From contig JBHGNT010000011.1 of assembly GCA_043228905.1 (NCBI GenBank), positions 16,988,001-17,052,000 on the forward strand: DNA of 64,000 bases, written 5' to 3'. Position numbers and translations under genes: made by a program. Position 1 is the first letter of the stretch. Each line of letters starts with the position of its first letter. Of this stretch, positions 12,157 through 24,273 are shown piece by piece. The notes under the pieces were generated by a model. That model had not been told where the DNA came from and ran no database searches. It saw only the letters and a program-made list of their open reading frames with translations. Source of the DNA: Azolla caroliniana. Lineage: Eukaryota > Plantae > Polypodiophyta.

Positions 12157-15015
12157 TCATGTTCCGGCTTCATTAAAGCATTGTGTTCCAAGATATGTAT
12201 TGCCATATATCTTACAACTTGTGAGCAGGGACGTCCATATGATAAAGTCTGGAAATGAAGGCATTGTTTGTATAAGATCGTCAGCCTCCTTGAGGCAACC
12301 AGTGCGACCAAGAAGATCAATCATACAACTATATAACTCGAGAGTTAATGGTGAAGGTACATCATTTCCTGTTACACCTTCAAAGAAATTCAAGGCATCC
12401 TCGAGAATACCAGCATGTGTGCAAGCTGAGAGCATGTTGATAAAACTTGCACCCTCTGGCTTCTTATTATGGCCAGAGTTGTGCATATCTTTAAAGCATT
12501 GTTGAGCTAATTTAGAAGAGTTCCCATCACGAGATAATCCAGAAACTATAGAAGCCCACGAGATCACATCAACACCAGGAAGATTATCAAATACTTTTCG
12601 AGCATCAAGAAAGTTGCCACACTTTCCATAAACGTTAACAAGCGTGTTACCAATGGCCCTATCGGGTTTGAGCTCATTTCTCACTATCTGGTCATGTATA
12701 AATCTAATCAACCAAACCATTCCAGTACTGCCACATGCTTTTAGGATACTAATGTACAACACATTATTTGGTTTTGGACCGTCCTTTTGCATCATTTCGA
12801 AAAGCTTCAATGCATGCATACTCTCACCATTCGCAACATATCCTTCGATCATTGCACCCCATGACACCAAATCTTTTTTATGAAACAAATCAAAACTTTT
12901 CCTTGCATCAGTTAAAGAACCACACTTGGCATACATGTCTATTATAGAATTTCCGAGAACTACATCCATGTTGATTCCGGCTTGAATAATTGTATCACAG
13001 ATCAATCTTCCCTGCCAGATATTCCTTCTGGTTCCACATGCTTGGAGTATATTCGAGCATACAACCTTATCTACCATAACACCTTCTTCTTGCATTTGTT
13101 TGAAGCACTGAAAGGCCTTGAAAGTATCACCGTGTGTCACATAACCTGCAATCATTGCACCCCATGATGTGGAATCTCGGTTAGATAGATTCATAAACAC
13201 GACATTGGCATCTCTGAGGTGTCCATACTTGGCATACATATCAATAATACAAGAATCCACAACAACATTGAGTTCGTATCCACTTCTAATAGCATGATCA
13301 TGAATCCACCTCCCTTGTTCTAAGGCATTTAGACTAGCACATGCTTTGAGGGTGCACGATAAAACATAGTCAGTTGGTTGAATTCCCCTCCTTTGCATCT
13401 CTTCAAAAAGCTTAAGAGCTGACAAACCATCTCCTTGATATACATATCCTGCCATCATTGCTCCCCACGAAACAACATCTAGTGAATTTTGAAATGTTTC
13501 AAACACATACTTGGCTGACTTAATGCTTCCACATTTTGCATAAAGGATGAGAAGAGAGCTTCCTGCTGCTTCATCTAGTTCAAACCCATGTTTAATGATA
13601 TGATAGTGAATCAGCATGGCCTTATCCAAACACTCCACTCCCAAACCTTGGCATGCTTTCAAAAGATGCATAAATGTAGTTGATTTGCTTGGTAAGATGC
13701 CCTCTTCTTGCATTTCGTCATAGAGGTCCAAAGCCGAGATAAAATGCCCATGTTGAACATACAGATCAATAAGATAATCCCATGATGGAAAATCATGAGA
13801 TGACCACATATGGAACACTCTATGTGCCTCATTTAAGGATCCCGCTTTGCAATAAATGTAAACCAGTGTATTGTACATACAAGGATTCAACTGAAGTTCA
13901 AGGGCATTTATTTGACATTCTAAGATCCTACCATGTTCTATATCTTCTAAAACATTGCACGCCTCTAGAAGGCACTCAAATATGATTGTATTTGGGATCA
14001 AACCACATATTTTCATGTTCTCAAAGAGCTGAAAAGCATTGAGACATTGTTGATGTATAATGTACCCATGCATCATCGTCCCCCAAGTCACAATATCTCG
14101 CATTTCCAAACGATCAAACGTTGCTCGTGCTTCATGGATGCTTTCACACTTTACATACATGTCCACAAGGGTGCTTCCAATGACAAAATCAGATTGAAGA
14201 CCACTTCTTTCAATTTTATCATGTACAACTTTGCCATGGTTAAGATCTTTTATGCTACCACATGCTTTAAGAACAGATGAAAAGACAACTATGTTAGGTT
14301 TTAAGAAGTTGTGGCCTTGCATTTTATTAAAAAGCTCAAGAGCGATAATGCCATCTTCCTCTGCATATGCTGCAACCATGGTGCCCCATGTCACTACGTC
14401 TTGTTTTTCCATGTTATTAAAGACATTATTTGCTTCTCTCACGCTACCACATTTAGCATACATATCAACAAGGGTGCTTTCCATGACCATACTTTCCTTC
14501 AATCCACTTCTAATGATTAAATCATGCATGAATCTCCCTTGTTTCAACGCACGCACATTCACACATACTTTCAAAATGCAAGAGAATGTGACATTATCTG
14601 ATTTAGCTCCTCTACTCTGCATCTCAATGAACAAATCCATAGCTTTCTCGTCTCCTCCGAGCCTCACGTGAGCTGAGATGATGATATTCCATGTGAACAC
14701 AGATGGATATGGAACCATCCTGAAGGATTGGAGTGATTCAGACAAGCTTTTGCACAGCGCAAAGAGGTGGATGAGATGATCTGCTAAGATGCTATGTGTG
14801 TAGAGTCCATAACTCAACATGAGGAGATGAAGCCTCCTCCCTGCTTGGATGTCCTTCCTCTTCAATGCAACCTTCAACAGAGACAGACCAAAATCTTTTG
14901 AGAGAGAAACTCCATTAAACCTGGCATGTTTGGTGATTGACATAACTCTGCAGTGAGGATTGACATGACTAGAAAGCTTAGGATGCTCAAATGAGACTCT
15001 AATTGAAATTTCCAT
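12157..15015 (-). CDS. PLS-class pentatricopeptide repeat protein (952 aa) with a partial E extension and no DYW domain; organellar RNA-editing-factor type
   Basis: Single long ORF with repeated P/L/S motifs (STLVDMYAKCGS, DVVSWGAMMAGY, FSCILKVC). It ends in E1-like MPSFPDFIIWTSLLTSCKIYGN. Confidence 0.95.
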   Translation of the reverse strand: MEISIRVSFEHPKLSSHVNPHCRVMSITKHARFNGVSLSKDFGLSLLKVALKRKDIQAGRRLHLLMLSYGLYTHSILADHLIHLFALCKSLSESLQSFRMVPYPSVFTWNIIISAHVRLGGDEKAMDLFIEMQSRGAKSDNVTFSCILKVCVNVRALKQGRFMHDLIIRSGLKESMVMESTLVDMYAKCGSVREANNVFNNMEKQDVVTWGTMVAAYAEEDGIIALELFNKMQGHNFLKPNIVVFSSVLKACGSIKDLNHGKVVHDKIERSGLQSDFVIGSTLVDMYVKCESIHEARATFDRLEMRDIVTWGTMMHGYIIHQQCLNAFQLFENMKICGLIPNTIIFECLLEACNVLEDIEHGRILECQINALELQLNPCMYNTLVYIYCKAGSLNEAHRVFHMWSSHDFPSWDYLIDLYVQHGHFISALDLYDEMQEEGILPSKSTTFMHLLKACQGLGVECLDKAMLIHYHIIKHGFELDEAAGSSLLILYAKCGSIKSAKYVFETFQNSLDVVSWGAMMAGYVYQGDGLSALKLFEEMQRRGIQPTDYVLSCTLKACASLNALEQGRWIHDHAIRSGYELNVVVDSCIIDMYAKYGHLRDANVVFMNLSNRDSTSWGAMIAGYVTHGDTFKAFQCFKQMQEEGVMVDKVVCSNILQACGTRRNIWQGRLICDTIIQAGINMDVVLGNSIIDMYAKCGSLTDARKSFDLFHKKDLVSWGAMIEGYVANGESMHALKLFEMMQKDGPKPNNVLYISILKACGSTGMVWLIRFIHDQIVRNELKPDRAIGNTLVNVYGKCGNFLDARKVFDNLPGVDVISWASIVSGLSRDGNSSKLAQQCFKDMHNSGHNKKPEGASFINMLSACTHAGILEDALNFFEGVTGNDVPSPLTLELYSCMIDLLGRTGCLKEADDLIQTMPSFPDFIIWTSLLTSCKIYGNTYLGTQCFNEAGT

Positions 15016-16265
15016 TGGCTAATAATAATAATAATTATGGGGAAGTCCCTTCATTCTTAGTGTCAAGTAAAGAGACCGAATGCCGGACTCTCGAGAGGTC
15101 TTGTCCGAGATTTGCCCGCCTTCTTGTAATTCAATTCTAATAACATGTCTCGAACCCTCCAACACTTGGACGAGGTAATGTGCTAGGTCACATAAGGCAT
15201 TTTCCTAAAACTTGTGTATTAAGAAGGCCACATCGTAAGAATCCACCTCCAATGAAGGCCTTGTAGAAATCTCATTAGAGTCCAAGAGTTCCATCGACTT
15301 GATCGGTCTGAATCATCCCAAGGCATCTTCGATGCTTAGGATGGGTCTAACAAACCATACATCAGTTGATCCATTCACTCAAGGCGTGTTCTCAACATGT
15401 AACTAAGTGGCTAAGGCATGTGCGAAGAAATAATAAGAGACCTAACATGTGGTATTATGGTTACGCATTGAATCGTTCACCCCTAGATAACTCTTCTTCT
15501 CTCGTTTGTATGACTCACACCAACACCTTACCTTGTAAGGTCAATTGTTGCCTAATCTTTCAGCATTTCAAGGAAGTTGCAACGAAACCTATCAATTTGA
15601 CGAACTTTCACCATTGCTCTTGAAAATCCAAAGTTTTTGACACCACTCCTGTAAAAGTGGCTAGTCACATAGCCAATATTGGTCATCAATTATAGCACAT
15701 GAATGTGAGATGGAGCTACACACTAACATTTTCTTGCACTTTTTAAGCCTTTTATACTTCTTCTAGAAGAATCTTTAACCATGACATAGCCATTGTTTGT
15801 CGTTGAAAGATGTTTAATGACTCATATTCAATTAACACCAATTAATCTAATTGCAAATGCTTTCCTCTGTCACTTTTGAAGGTACGTCACAATAATTGTT
15901 CCATTCTCTTGCACTTCACGTTTCTTCTAGTCAAACCCAATTTTTGCAACACCTCCTCATGGACATCTCTTTGAAGACTCATCTTTTACATGTGAGATGA
16001 TGGATGAGTTTCACCTCCATTATCACTGCCAACAAAGACACAAAATTAAAAAGTTAATGTTCAAATAATATATTAAACGACATGTTATAATTAAATGATG
16101 CTCAAGGATTAATATACAATAAGAAGAGGCACGCCTAAGGCAACTTCAAAAACCAAATGAGAACATGACTTAGGTTTATGTATAATAGGAGAGAACGAAG
16201 AGGGTTCCAAGGAATGGTTAGATTGTTGTCTCATAAATAATGTTTAACGCAAATTAATTATTTCA

Positions 16266-16509
16266 ACTCTATCCATTTCATGTATAAATACACAATTGGC
16301 GATAATTTAACTTCCTCAAATTGTTATCTTCTTCAAAGGTAACAACCTATAAGTAGGCATTCTAATCCCCTCATAGTGCACATGTGGACTCTATCCATTT
16401 CATGTATAAATACACAATTGGTGATAATTTAACTTCCTAAAATCGTTATCTTCTTCAAAGGTCACTACCTATAAGTTGGCGTCCTAATCCTCTCATACTG
16501 CACATGTGG
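16266..16509. repeat. 122 bp tandem duplication (2 copies)
   Basis: ACTCTATCCATTTCATGTATAAATACACAATTGG...CACATGTGG occurs at 16266 and 16388 with scattered substitutions. Confidence 0.9.
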
Positions 16510-17764
16510 ATAGCCTCTAAAAAGGGTCGATTGTTATTGAAATTTAGGCATGGGATCACAGGTGATGGTAATTGTTTGTATGCACCATACCTTTTTGTGT
16601 AAATACTAATCATTGAGCAAAATGAAACTTAATTTTAAAGAGCACGAGCATATAATCATCCTCTTTGAAGCAAGAATTGGACACAAATGACACTAATGCA
16701 TGACCTTGAAGGAACCAAACTGAGTGGTGAGTGGCAAAAAAAGTTGCTACTGTGTGGAATGTGTAGTTTTGTACAAGCTTAAGTGGGACCAAATAATCTA
16801 GCTCAAACAAGTCTAGCATATACTGAGAAATGGGATTCACAGTTTTTGTACACTTTCATAATTCAATGCAACAAAGGTAGATTAGTATTCTGAATGGAAG
16901 TTTCTCGGGCCAATATGTATGTAGAGGTGTTTGTCACCGAAAGTCAATAAGAGCCCAAAGGTTTTCCGCAAGGCCTGAGCCCAATCAACATGTCCTTCAA
17001 TGACGAAATAGTAAGAAAATGATGCTACAGGGTGTCCAAGAGAGCTTGGTGAAGTAGGGAATGCTTACCAAATAATGAGTTGACCAACTTGTAAGTTGTA
17101 ACCCCCCCCCCCCCTCTCTATTTTCTCGTAACCAATGAGTTGTTGTGCAACAACCTTGTAACTCTCTAGGTGGGTCCGGCATTCCATCCCGCAAAAAATA
17201 CCTCAGCAACAACTCTCGGCCAGGCCAGTAAATGGTCACCATTAGAGAGGTCCACCTTGGACAAACTTTGGGTACAAATGTTGTTATTACAAAGGATCCC
17301 TCCCCCTAAAGTTCTGAGCTATACATAAAACCCATCCATACCTACACTTTTCTGGCAGTTTAAAAATCCAAAGGGTCTCAAGGCCAAAATCAATTGGTTT
17401 TTTTTTCCGGGGGGGGGGGCGGATGCCGGAAATCTATGGACATTATTTCTGACAAATTTTCCTATGGACATTATGTATTCTTGACAAACTTTTTCCGGTT
17501 GATTTGAGAGTAAGTACTGTAGTGACAAAAAGTGATCATTTCATCATCACCTCCGTCGGATCTGTCTATCTAAAATCAGATTAATATTATTTTGAACGTG
17601 CACAGACATTCTTTGATCTTTATCTCTCTCTCCCTGCATTCCGGCTATGGCGTTGGTGAAGGAATCAAAGCAGCACATCTCTCCCACTCTCCCTCGCCTT
17701 CTTCTTATTCTCCATTCTCTCTCTCATCCTTCTAGTCTAGTACACACAAGAAGAAGAAGCAGCC

Positions 17765-19402
17765 ATGGCAGCAGCAACCTCTCTTCTACCAGGCTCCTAC
17801 TTCTTCTTCATCGCCACCATTACTCTTCTTTCTTTTCCTGTCGCCATAGCTTCTTCTTCGTCGCCGCCGGCCCCTCCTTCTCCAATTCACTCTGACTCAA
17901 TCCTCTTAGCTTTCCTCGAATCTCCCTTCTCAGAGCTCGCCGAGCTCTCAGAAGAAGCTTCCTTCTTGCAAACCCTTGAGCAGATATTAGTCGCAGCCTC
18001 ATCATCATCATCATCATCATCCGATTCATCTTATTCCGCTGCTTCCTCTAGTAACTCCATTACTATCTTTGCCCCCCACAATTCTTTCTTTGACCACCCC
18101 GGGATTGATCCAGACTTCCGCCAATTCCTGCTGGAGCCACGAAACCTCGGATCGCTAAAGAATCTCCTCAGCTTTCATGTCCTTCCCCATGACAGGATCA
18201 CGTCTTCGCGATGGGCCTGCCAGTCCTTCCAAACGCTCTCAGAAGACGACGCGCGGCTCCATCTCTCCTTCGCAGACAGAAGGAGGTGCCACAGCAACGA
18301 CAACAACTACAACATAATGGAGCAGCAAGAAAATGTGAAGCAGCATTCAGATTGGGGGAGGAGGATGATGGCTGGGTGGAGCTCTGTGATCTCTCCTGAT
18401 GCAGAGATTCGCAGGGACGGTGTGATCCACGGGATCGATCGCCTCCTAATCCCCACGTCTGTGCAGGGGGCGTTCAATGAATGGAAAGGAAGGAGGCCCA
18501 GGCCAAGGATCCCTGCAGCGATCCTACCTGAAGGATCCCCAACCCTGCCACAAATCCAGAAGAGGAGCAGCAGCCTGAATCAACCCAGCAAGAAGAACAG
18601 AAAAGAGACTCGGCTCTTATACAAATCTACCCTCTCCAATTCAGCAGGGAAAATAGGATCATATGCAGCACCATCAGGATCCGGATTGGAACCTTCCGGT
18701 TATTACGCGCCGCAATCCGGTCCCGCGCCGCCATTCGGTTCCCCGGCGCCATCCGGTCCCGAGCCGCCATTCGGCTCCCCGACTCCATCCAGCCCCGAGC
18801 CGCCATTCGGTTCCCCGTCGCCATACGCTCATTTCATATCGTCCTCCCCGGCCCCGTCCCCCGGCCCCGCCTCGGCCTCCCCCTTGGACGGCCAATCCTC
18901 CATCTCCGACTTCATCTCCACCCTCACCTCCTTCGGCGGGTACCGCGAGATCGCGGACCTCCTCGTGAACCTCACCTCCCTCGCCCCCGACCTCGCGACC
19001 CTCGTCGACGAGGGCTACCGCATCACCGTCCTCGCCCCGCACGACGACGCCATGGCCCAACTCACCCCCCATGACCTCTCCGCCCCTAACGCCCCCGACC
19101 TCCTCCTGTTCTATCACATCATCCCCGAGTACCAGACGGAGGAGTCCTTGTACAATGCCGTGCAGCGCTTCGGCCGCGTCTCGTACCCGACACTTCGGAA
19201 TCCTCATCGACTCATCGCTCACGAGGAAGACGGCACCGTCGTGTTCGGGGACGGAAACCACAAGGCCCATCTCATTGACAACGACATCTTCGCCGATGGT
19301 CGCATATCCGTCCAAGGAGTGGACAAAGTGCTCTCGCCTCCTGGTGTTGGTCACAGGAGTCTCATTGCATACGACGATGATGACGACAACAACACCACCT
19401 GA
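17765..19402 (+). CDS. Fasciclin-like arabinogalactan protein with two FAS1 domains (FLA15-18/group B-like), 545 aa
   Basis: Has a signal peptide, FAS1 motifs ITIFAPHN...DGVIHGIDRLLIP and ITVLAPHD...GRISVQGVDKVL, and a Pro/Ser/Ala-rich linker. No GPI-anchor tail is evident. Confidence 0.93.
   Translation: MAAATSLLPGSYFFFIATITLLSFPVAIASSSSPPAPPSPIHSDSILLAFLESPFSELAELSEEASFLQTLEQILVAASSSSSSSSDSSYSAASSSNSITIFAPHNSFFDHPGIDPDFRQFLLEPRNLGSLKNLLSFHVLPHDRITSSRWACQSFQTLSEDDARLHLSFADRRRCHSNDNNYNIMEQQENVKQHSDWGRRMMAGWSSVISPDAEIRRDGVIHGIDRLLIPTSVQGAFNEWKGRRPRPRIPAAILPEGSPTLPQIQKRSSSLNQPSKKNRKETRLLYKSTLSNSAGKIGSYAAPSGSGLEPSGYYAPQSGPAPPFGSPAPSGPEPPFGSPTPSSPEPPFGSPSPYAHFISSSPAPSPGPASASPLDGQSSISDFISTLTSFGGYREIADLLVNLTSLAPDLATLVDEGYRITVLAPHDDAMAQLTPHDLSAPNAPDLLLFYHIIPEYQTEESLYNAVQRFGRVSYPTLRNPHRLIAHEEDGTVVFGDGNHKAHLIDNDIFADGRISVQGVDKVLSPPGVGHRSLIAYDDDDDNNTT
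18715..18822 (+). repeat. 36 bp x3 coding tandem repeat (SGP[A/E]PPFGSPAP) in the FLA linker
   Basis: Units start at 18715, 18751 and 18787. Confidence 0.9.
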
Positions 19403-20996
19403 CAATCCCCTCTCACTAATAACAATCAAGGTTGGTAAATGCTCTAACAAGTCTTAGACTCTTTTCTTTTGGGGCACTTTTGTTTCACATATATAACTCA
19501 TTAGGACTCTTGGCATTAGAATGAGCTTCTCTAGGCAAGCCACCCAAGTTGAGTCGCTTACATAATTTTATAATGTTGAAATAGTGCATGGCAACATGAG
19601 GATAGGAAATATATAAATAATCACATGTGTCCCTTACATCATTTTATTTGAGAGAAAATAAAAATACCCCAATACCTGTAACGTTTTGTATGTACACCAA
19701 AGTACCTCTAAATTTACAAAAAATATCAAAATACATTTGTATAGTTTGCATAGTTCTAGCCTCTAGGAGTAATTTTGTCGTTTTTGTAAACATAAGGGTA
19801 TTTTGGTAGTTATGCAACATGTTTAAGCTATTTTCCTTTGAAGTCATCTCTGTTTGTAATGTATCTCTTGCCATTTTACACAATCGTGGACTTGGTTTTG
19901 CAGGTTGGATTCATTATATTCTTTCTTCACCTCCTCTGGTATTGCTCAATCTCTACATGCGAGTAATTATATTTAGATAAACATTTGGTTATTTGTATTG
20001 TAAGAAAATAATATGTTAGTACACAATCATTTTGGCACATATTGGAGTGTTTTTGTGCATGTGCAAGTTTTTTTCCATTACTTGCAAACGTTCTATAGCC
20101 ATTGGGAAGATGGGCCATCAAGAATTCTAGCATTTGTCCTATTGTGAGTCCCCCCCCCCTCCACCGGTTTTTTCATTTTTCTTCTCTTGGAAGAATTGTA
20201 GGTAAAAAAGAGTTCATCCTTCTTTACTTCTATTGATTTTGTGGAAAGGACATCTAAAACTTTAAATAGAAAAGTATAAATGAACAAGGACACGTGTTCC
20301 ATTTACGACTTCCCGTCCTTGTGCAATGTTGTCATCATTGAGACGCAATCTTCCAATGTAGGATTCGCGGCCATCCACGCACCCAAGGCCTCTAAATATG
20401 TCAAATGACATGTAATTATTGAAAAACTTTTACTCGTCAACATGGACATAAGAAAAATACGCTCCTTTTTTGTACGGAAGTAACTTTGTAAAATGTCCCT
20501 CAAAAGCATAACAATACACGCTAAAACTTTTTAAGGGTAATGATACATGCATAGTTATGTAATGAGTTATCAATGACAACATAGACTAAAATGAAGGTTG
20601 TAACTAGTTGACATCATGATTTTGACATAATTTGTAGCATATAAAAAACATACATGATATTAGAGAAGAGCATATGTCTTGAGCACTTTATTCTTTCGTT
20701 AGACTTGAGTAGTAACTTCTATGTTTTAAGTTCTAAATCAATGGGAAAAGGTGGAAGGACCAATATATGAACAAGCAAAAGTTTGAGAGCGACCGATTCC
20801 GATTTATGAAACGAGGCCTAGGCCATGGCAAGGATCAAACTTGGGGTTTGTCAACTTTCCATGGAGATAGAGAGATGGAGGAAGATATCAAATCAATTCC
20901 AAAACATAAATGAAAATGGGAAAACAAGAACAAGCACAGGAAACATGGTAATGAATAAGGAAACATAGAAGGATCAAGAAATACATCAAAAAACAA

Positions 20997-21039
<43 letters not shown>

Positions 21040-24000
21040 AGACCAAATTGATTAGAATGGGCATGAAATGATGCTTTTCATCTTCAATCTAATTGAATGC
21101 CCTGATTATGATTGATTATAGTCTAAGATGCATGTTTGTTCATCACACCAAAACACTTAATGACATTTAGGTTTTCTAAAAGGGCATAGACATATTAGGG
21201 ATAAGTTATAGCTTTCCTCAATATGATGTTCAACACAAATTCGGATGACGGATCACAAGAGCTTGATTAGACATTGGTTGACAATAGTTTTGCCAAAATA
21301 TCTACAAATGATGATACCCATTAGATTATTACTAGGAGACATGTCGATGGAAAAAATAGTTATAAAAGTGTGAGGATTCCGAGAGCCTATATTGTTGGCA
21401 TTGCGTGATTGAGGTAGATTGGTAATCTCAATTAATATTGAGACAAGGTATCCATTTGGAGGATTATGGTTGGGGTCTTGGCTTTGGGCGATGCCTTACG
21501 CCAAAGAGAATTTGTTAATGGAATGTGTTTCTTTTGCTCCGTGAAAGTCGAGAAAGTAGGCATCGTGTTGTTTCCTGTCCGACATCAAGAATGATTTAGA
21601 AGGTAATCAATGTAGTGAGTGGAGATAGTAGGCATCATGTTGATTTAGAAGGTAATCAATGCAGTGTGGATGTCTCTAACTGGAGAAGTAAGATATCAAC
21701 GCAATTGGTTTTTGCACTAGGAGTATAAGAAACGTGTTTACTTTTGATTCACATGTTGGAGAGAACAAATATGTTGTAACGTTAAAAGGATTCGTTTTGT
21801 GATAATCTTCATAGTTGGAAAAGTTGAGGAAACTATGACATGTCGGTGACCAATTTTGTAGAGATAATGTGGACCAAATGCTATGAAAGCCTGTAAAGAT
21901 ATGAAGAGTATAAGAAATTGGATCATTATCAACAATATAATGTTGCTCAATGATTATATGTTGTGGCATACGCATACAAATATCACCTTTCTATAATATA
22001 AGGTAATTTGTGTAGTTAACATCACTATTTTTTCGCGATGGATTACGTGTGGAGCTTATGGCTAATGTTTACATTTGTTTTTTAATTATACAAGCTATGA
22101 GAAACATATACATGACACTTTTTTGTATAACACTATGTGGATTTAGGAAAATGTCCTATATTTCGTGCTTATAAGTTATGTACAATTAATTGAATTTTTA
22201 AAATTCCAATGGAGGGGCCAATTAGAAATTTCCCATTCTAATGAGACAAAAATGCTTTCAAGATACACGTCCCCATGAAACTGTAGATTGCACGTCAAAT
22301 TCTAAGATTGTTTGGCATACTTCTTCATGAGGAAATTGCTTTTGCATTCTAAACCGATGACCATGCAAGTCAAAGACTGGAACTTTTGAATTTTGAATTT
22401 TGAATTTGATAGACCTCCTTGAATAAGTCATCATCTCAATACAATGATTAGACCACTTTAATGGGAATCATAAGTTTTCTGGCTTATTATAAGATAGAGA
22501 AATTTAAAGTTAACTGAGAAGTAAGGATTTGTAACTAAATCAGATCATTTTCTATACCATAAACTTCATCACTACATGAAATTTTACTTTGTTGAGTTGC
22601 GCGGTGAGAATCCCACATATCTGCTCATTGAGCCCCAATGATTACAATGACATTCTATCTCCATCACTATATGGTTGTACCTCGTCGATGAAGCTCATTT
22701 CTCTGTTAATAGCAATGTCCTTTCTCAAACACTATGAGGAACTCGTGTTTATAATTTCCACAACCACAATTTTATATTGTGCATTGTGTATCTTTTCCAT
22801 TATGCATCCAATACTACTTTGTGACATTTCTTGCTCTAGACATTCACTTCTCTTACGTGAGAGCACAACAATGTTACAGGAGATTACAATTTCCACAACC
22901 ACAATTTTACATGTTCATAATCTCCTATAATAGTGTGCAATGTTTTTGTAAATATGACTTTGTCTCATTACATTGAATGTGTATGTGTTTCATGTGCATA
23001 AGCTCATATGTATGTGTATCTTCTCAACTTCCTTACATGTACTTGCATAGGTGTGGATATATGTACATATGCATACTCATTCCTTTGGGACTCGTAACAT
23101 AATTTTTGTATTCAACCATTATCCAACGGCTCAGAAACACTCCAACGGAGCTTCCATGGAATTCCATCGTACGAATAACTCTTAACTGATTTCTACTGCT
23201 ACATTGCTTGGGAATAAATGTTAATTGAAATAACAATTCATTGGAATTCACTGCTTATTCCCACTTATATTGTGTCATACATCTAATATCTGGAAATATT
23301 CCTGTATGTTAATAGGTCAATTACATTAATACCTCTGGTGAAACATGGTTCCTGATATGAACATTTATTTGAGAACATTGAACTAGGATAGTTCATAATA
23401 ACCTGGCTAATTATGTTCAATGATGAATATCATGTTATTTAAATTCATACAATTTCTCATCATTTGGTTCATTACTACCCTCTACAGAACCCGGAGTAGC
23501 ACCATAACCCGGCTTTTGGTTCACATAACTAGCCGAAAGCTCATGTGCCAACAGCAATCAAATTTTCAATGCCCCCAAAGCCTATGATTCCAAAGAATAG
23601 GACACCTCAAGTATGTTAGGGTGAATAATATACACTCAGACTTGTTACCCATGTTTCTCATATTGTTACTGCCACCAGAAATTTGGAAATGTCATGTAAG
23701 CAGTGACACAGGGCTGAGCAGAATGGCAAACGTGTGCTGAAATGAGTGGACCCCAGTTTTCCATGACAAATATGCTTTACCGGAGGTTTCTCAAAAGCTT
23801 ATGGGCAAAACATTGCCTAAATTTAGCATCATCTTTGTATCTACAAAGAAAAAAAGAAATGGTGATCAATATGTAAGATTATGTGAATTGACACTAGTCA
23901 AAAGAAGTTGTATTGTCGTGCACATAATGATGGGGGCATAGGCCTGTTGAAATACTAAATTTAACACGGCATTTAAATAGCTGCAAGGATAAGAATTGGT

Positions 24001-24273
24001 GCAGCCAAGCGTACGCGTTATAGATTTGAGAAAAAATCGCAAAGTCAAAATATTCACAGTTAATCATCAATGCTCAGAGAAAGAAACGTTTGCCCCCTTT
24101 CATTGCATGTGCTTTTATGACACTCGGTGAATCATGTTATTATACTTCCAAAAAGACATGGCATATAATTACACAGCAGCCCTTCTTCGAAAGTAACCAT
24201 GTGTTGGTCGCCATACAAGTGAAGTAAATAGACGGGTAGTTACTTCCACCTCAAGGTATATATGTATATATTT

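Noticed and set aside
17100-17430. Poly-C and poly-G tracts with a short imperfect inverted repeat (TCCGGCAT.../...ATGCCGGA)
   Set aside because: Too short and degenerate to call a MITE, and no TSD was found.
18674-19450. 258 aa antisense ORF over the FLA gene
   Set aside because: Caused by C-ending codon bias on the sense strand.
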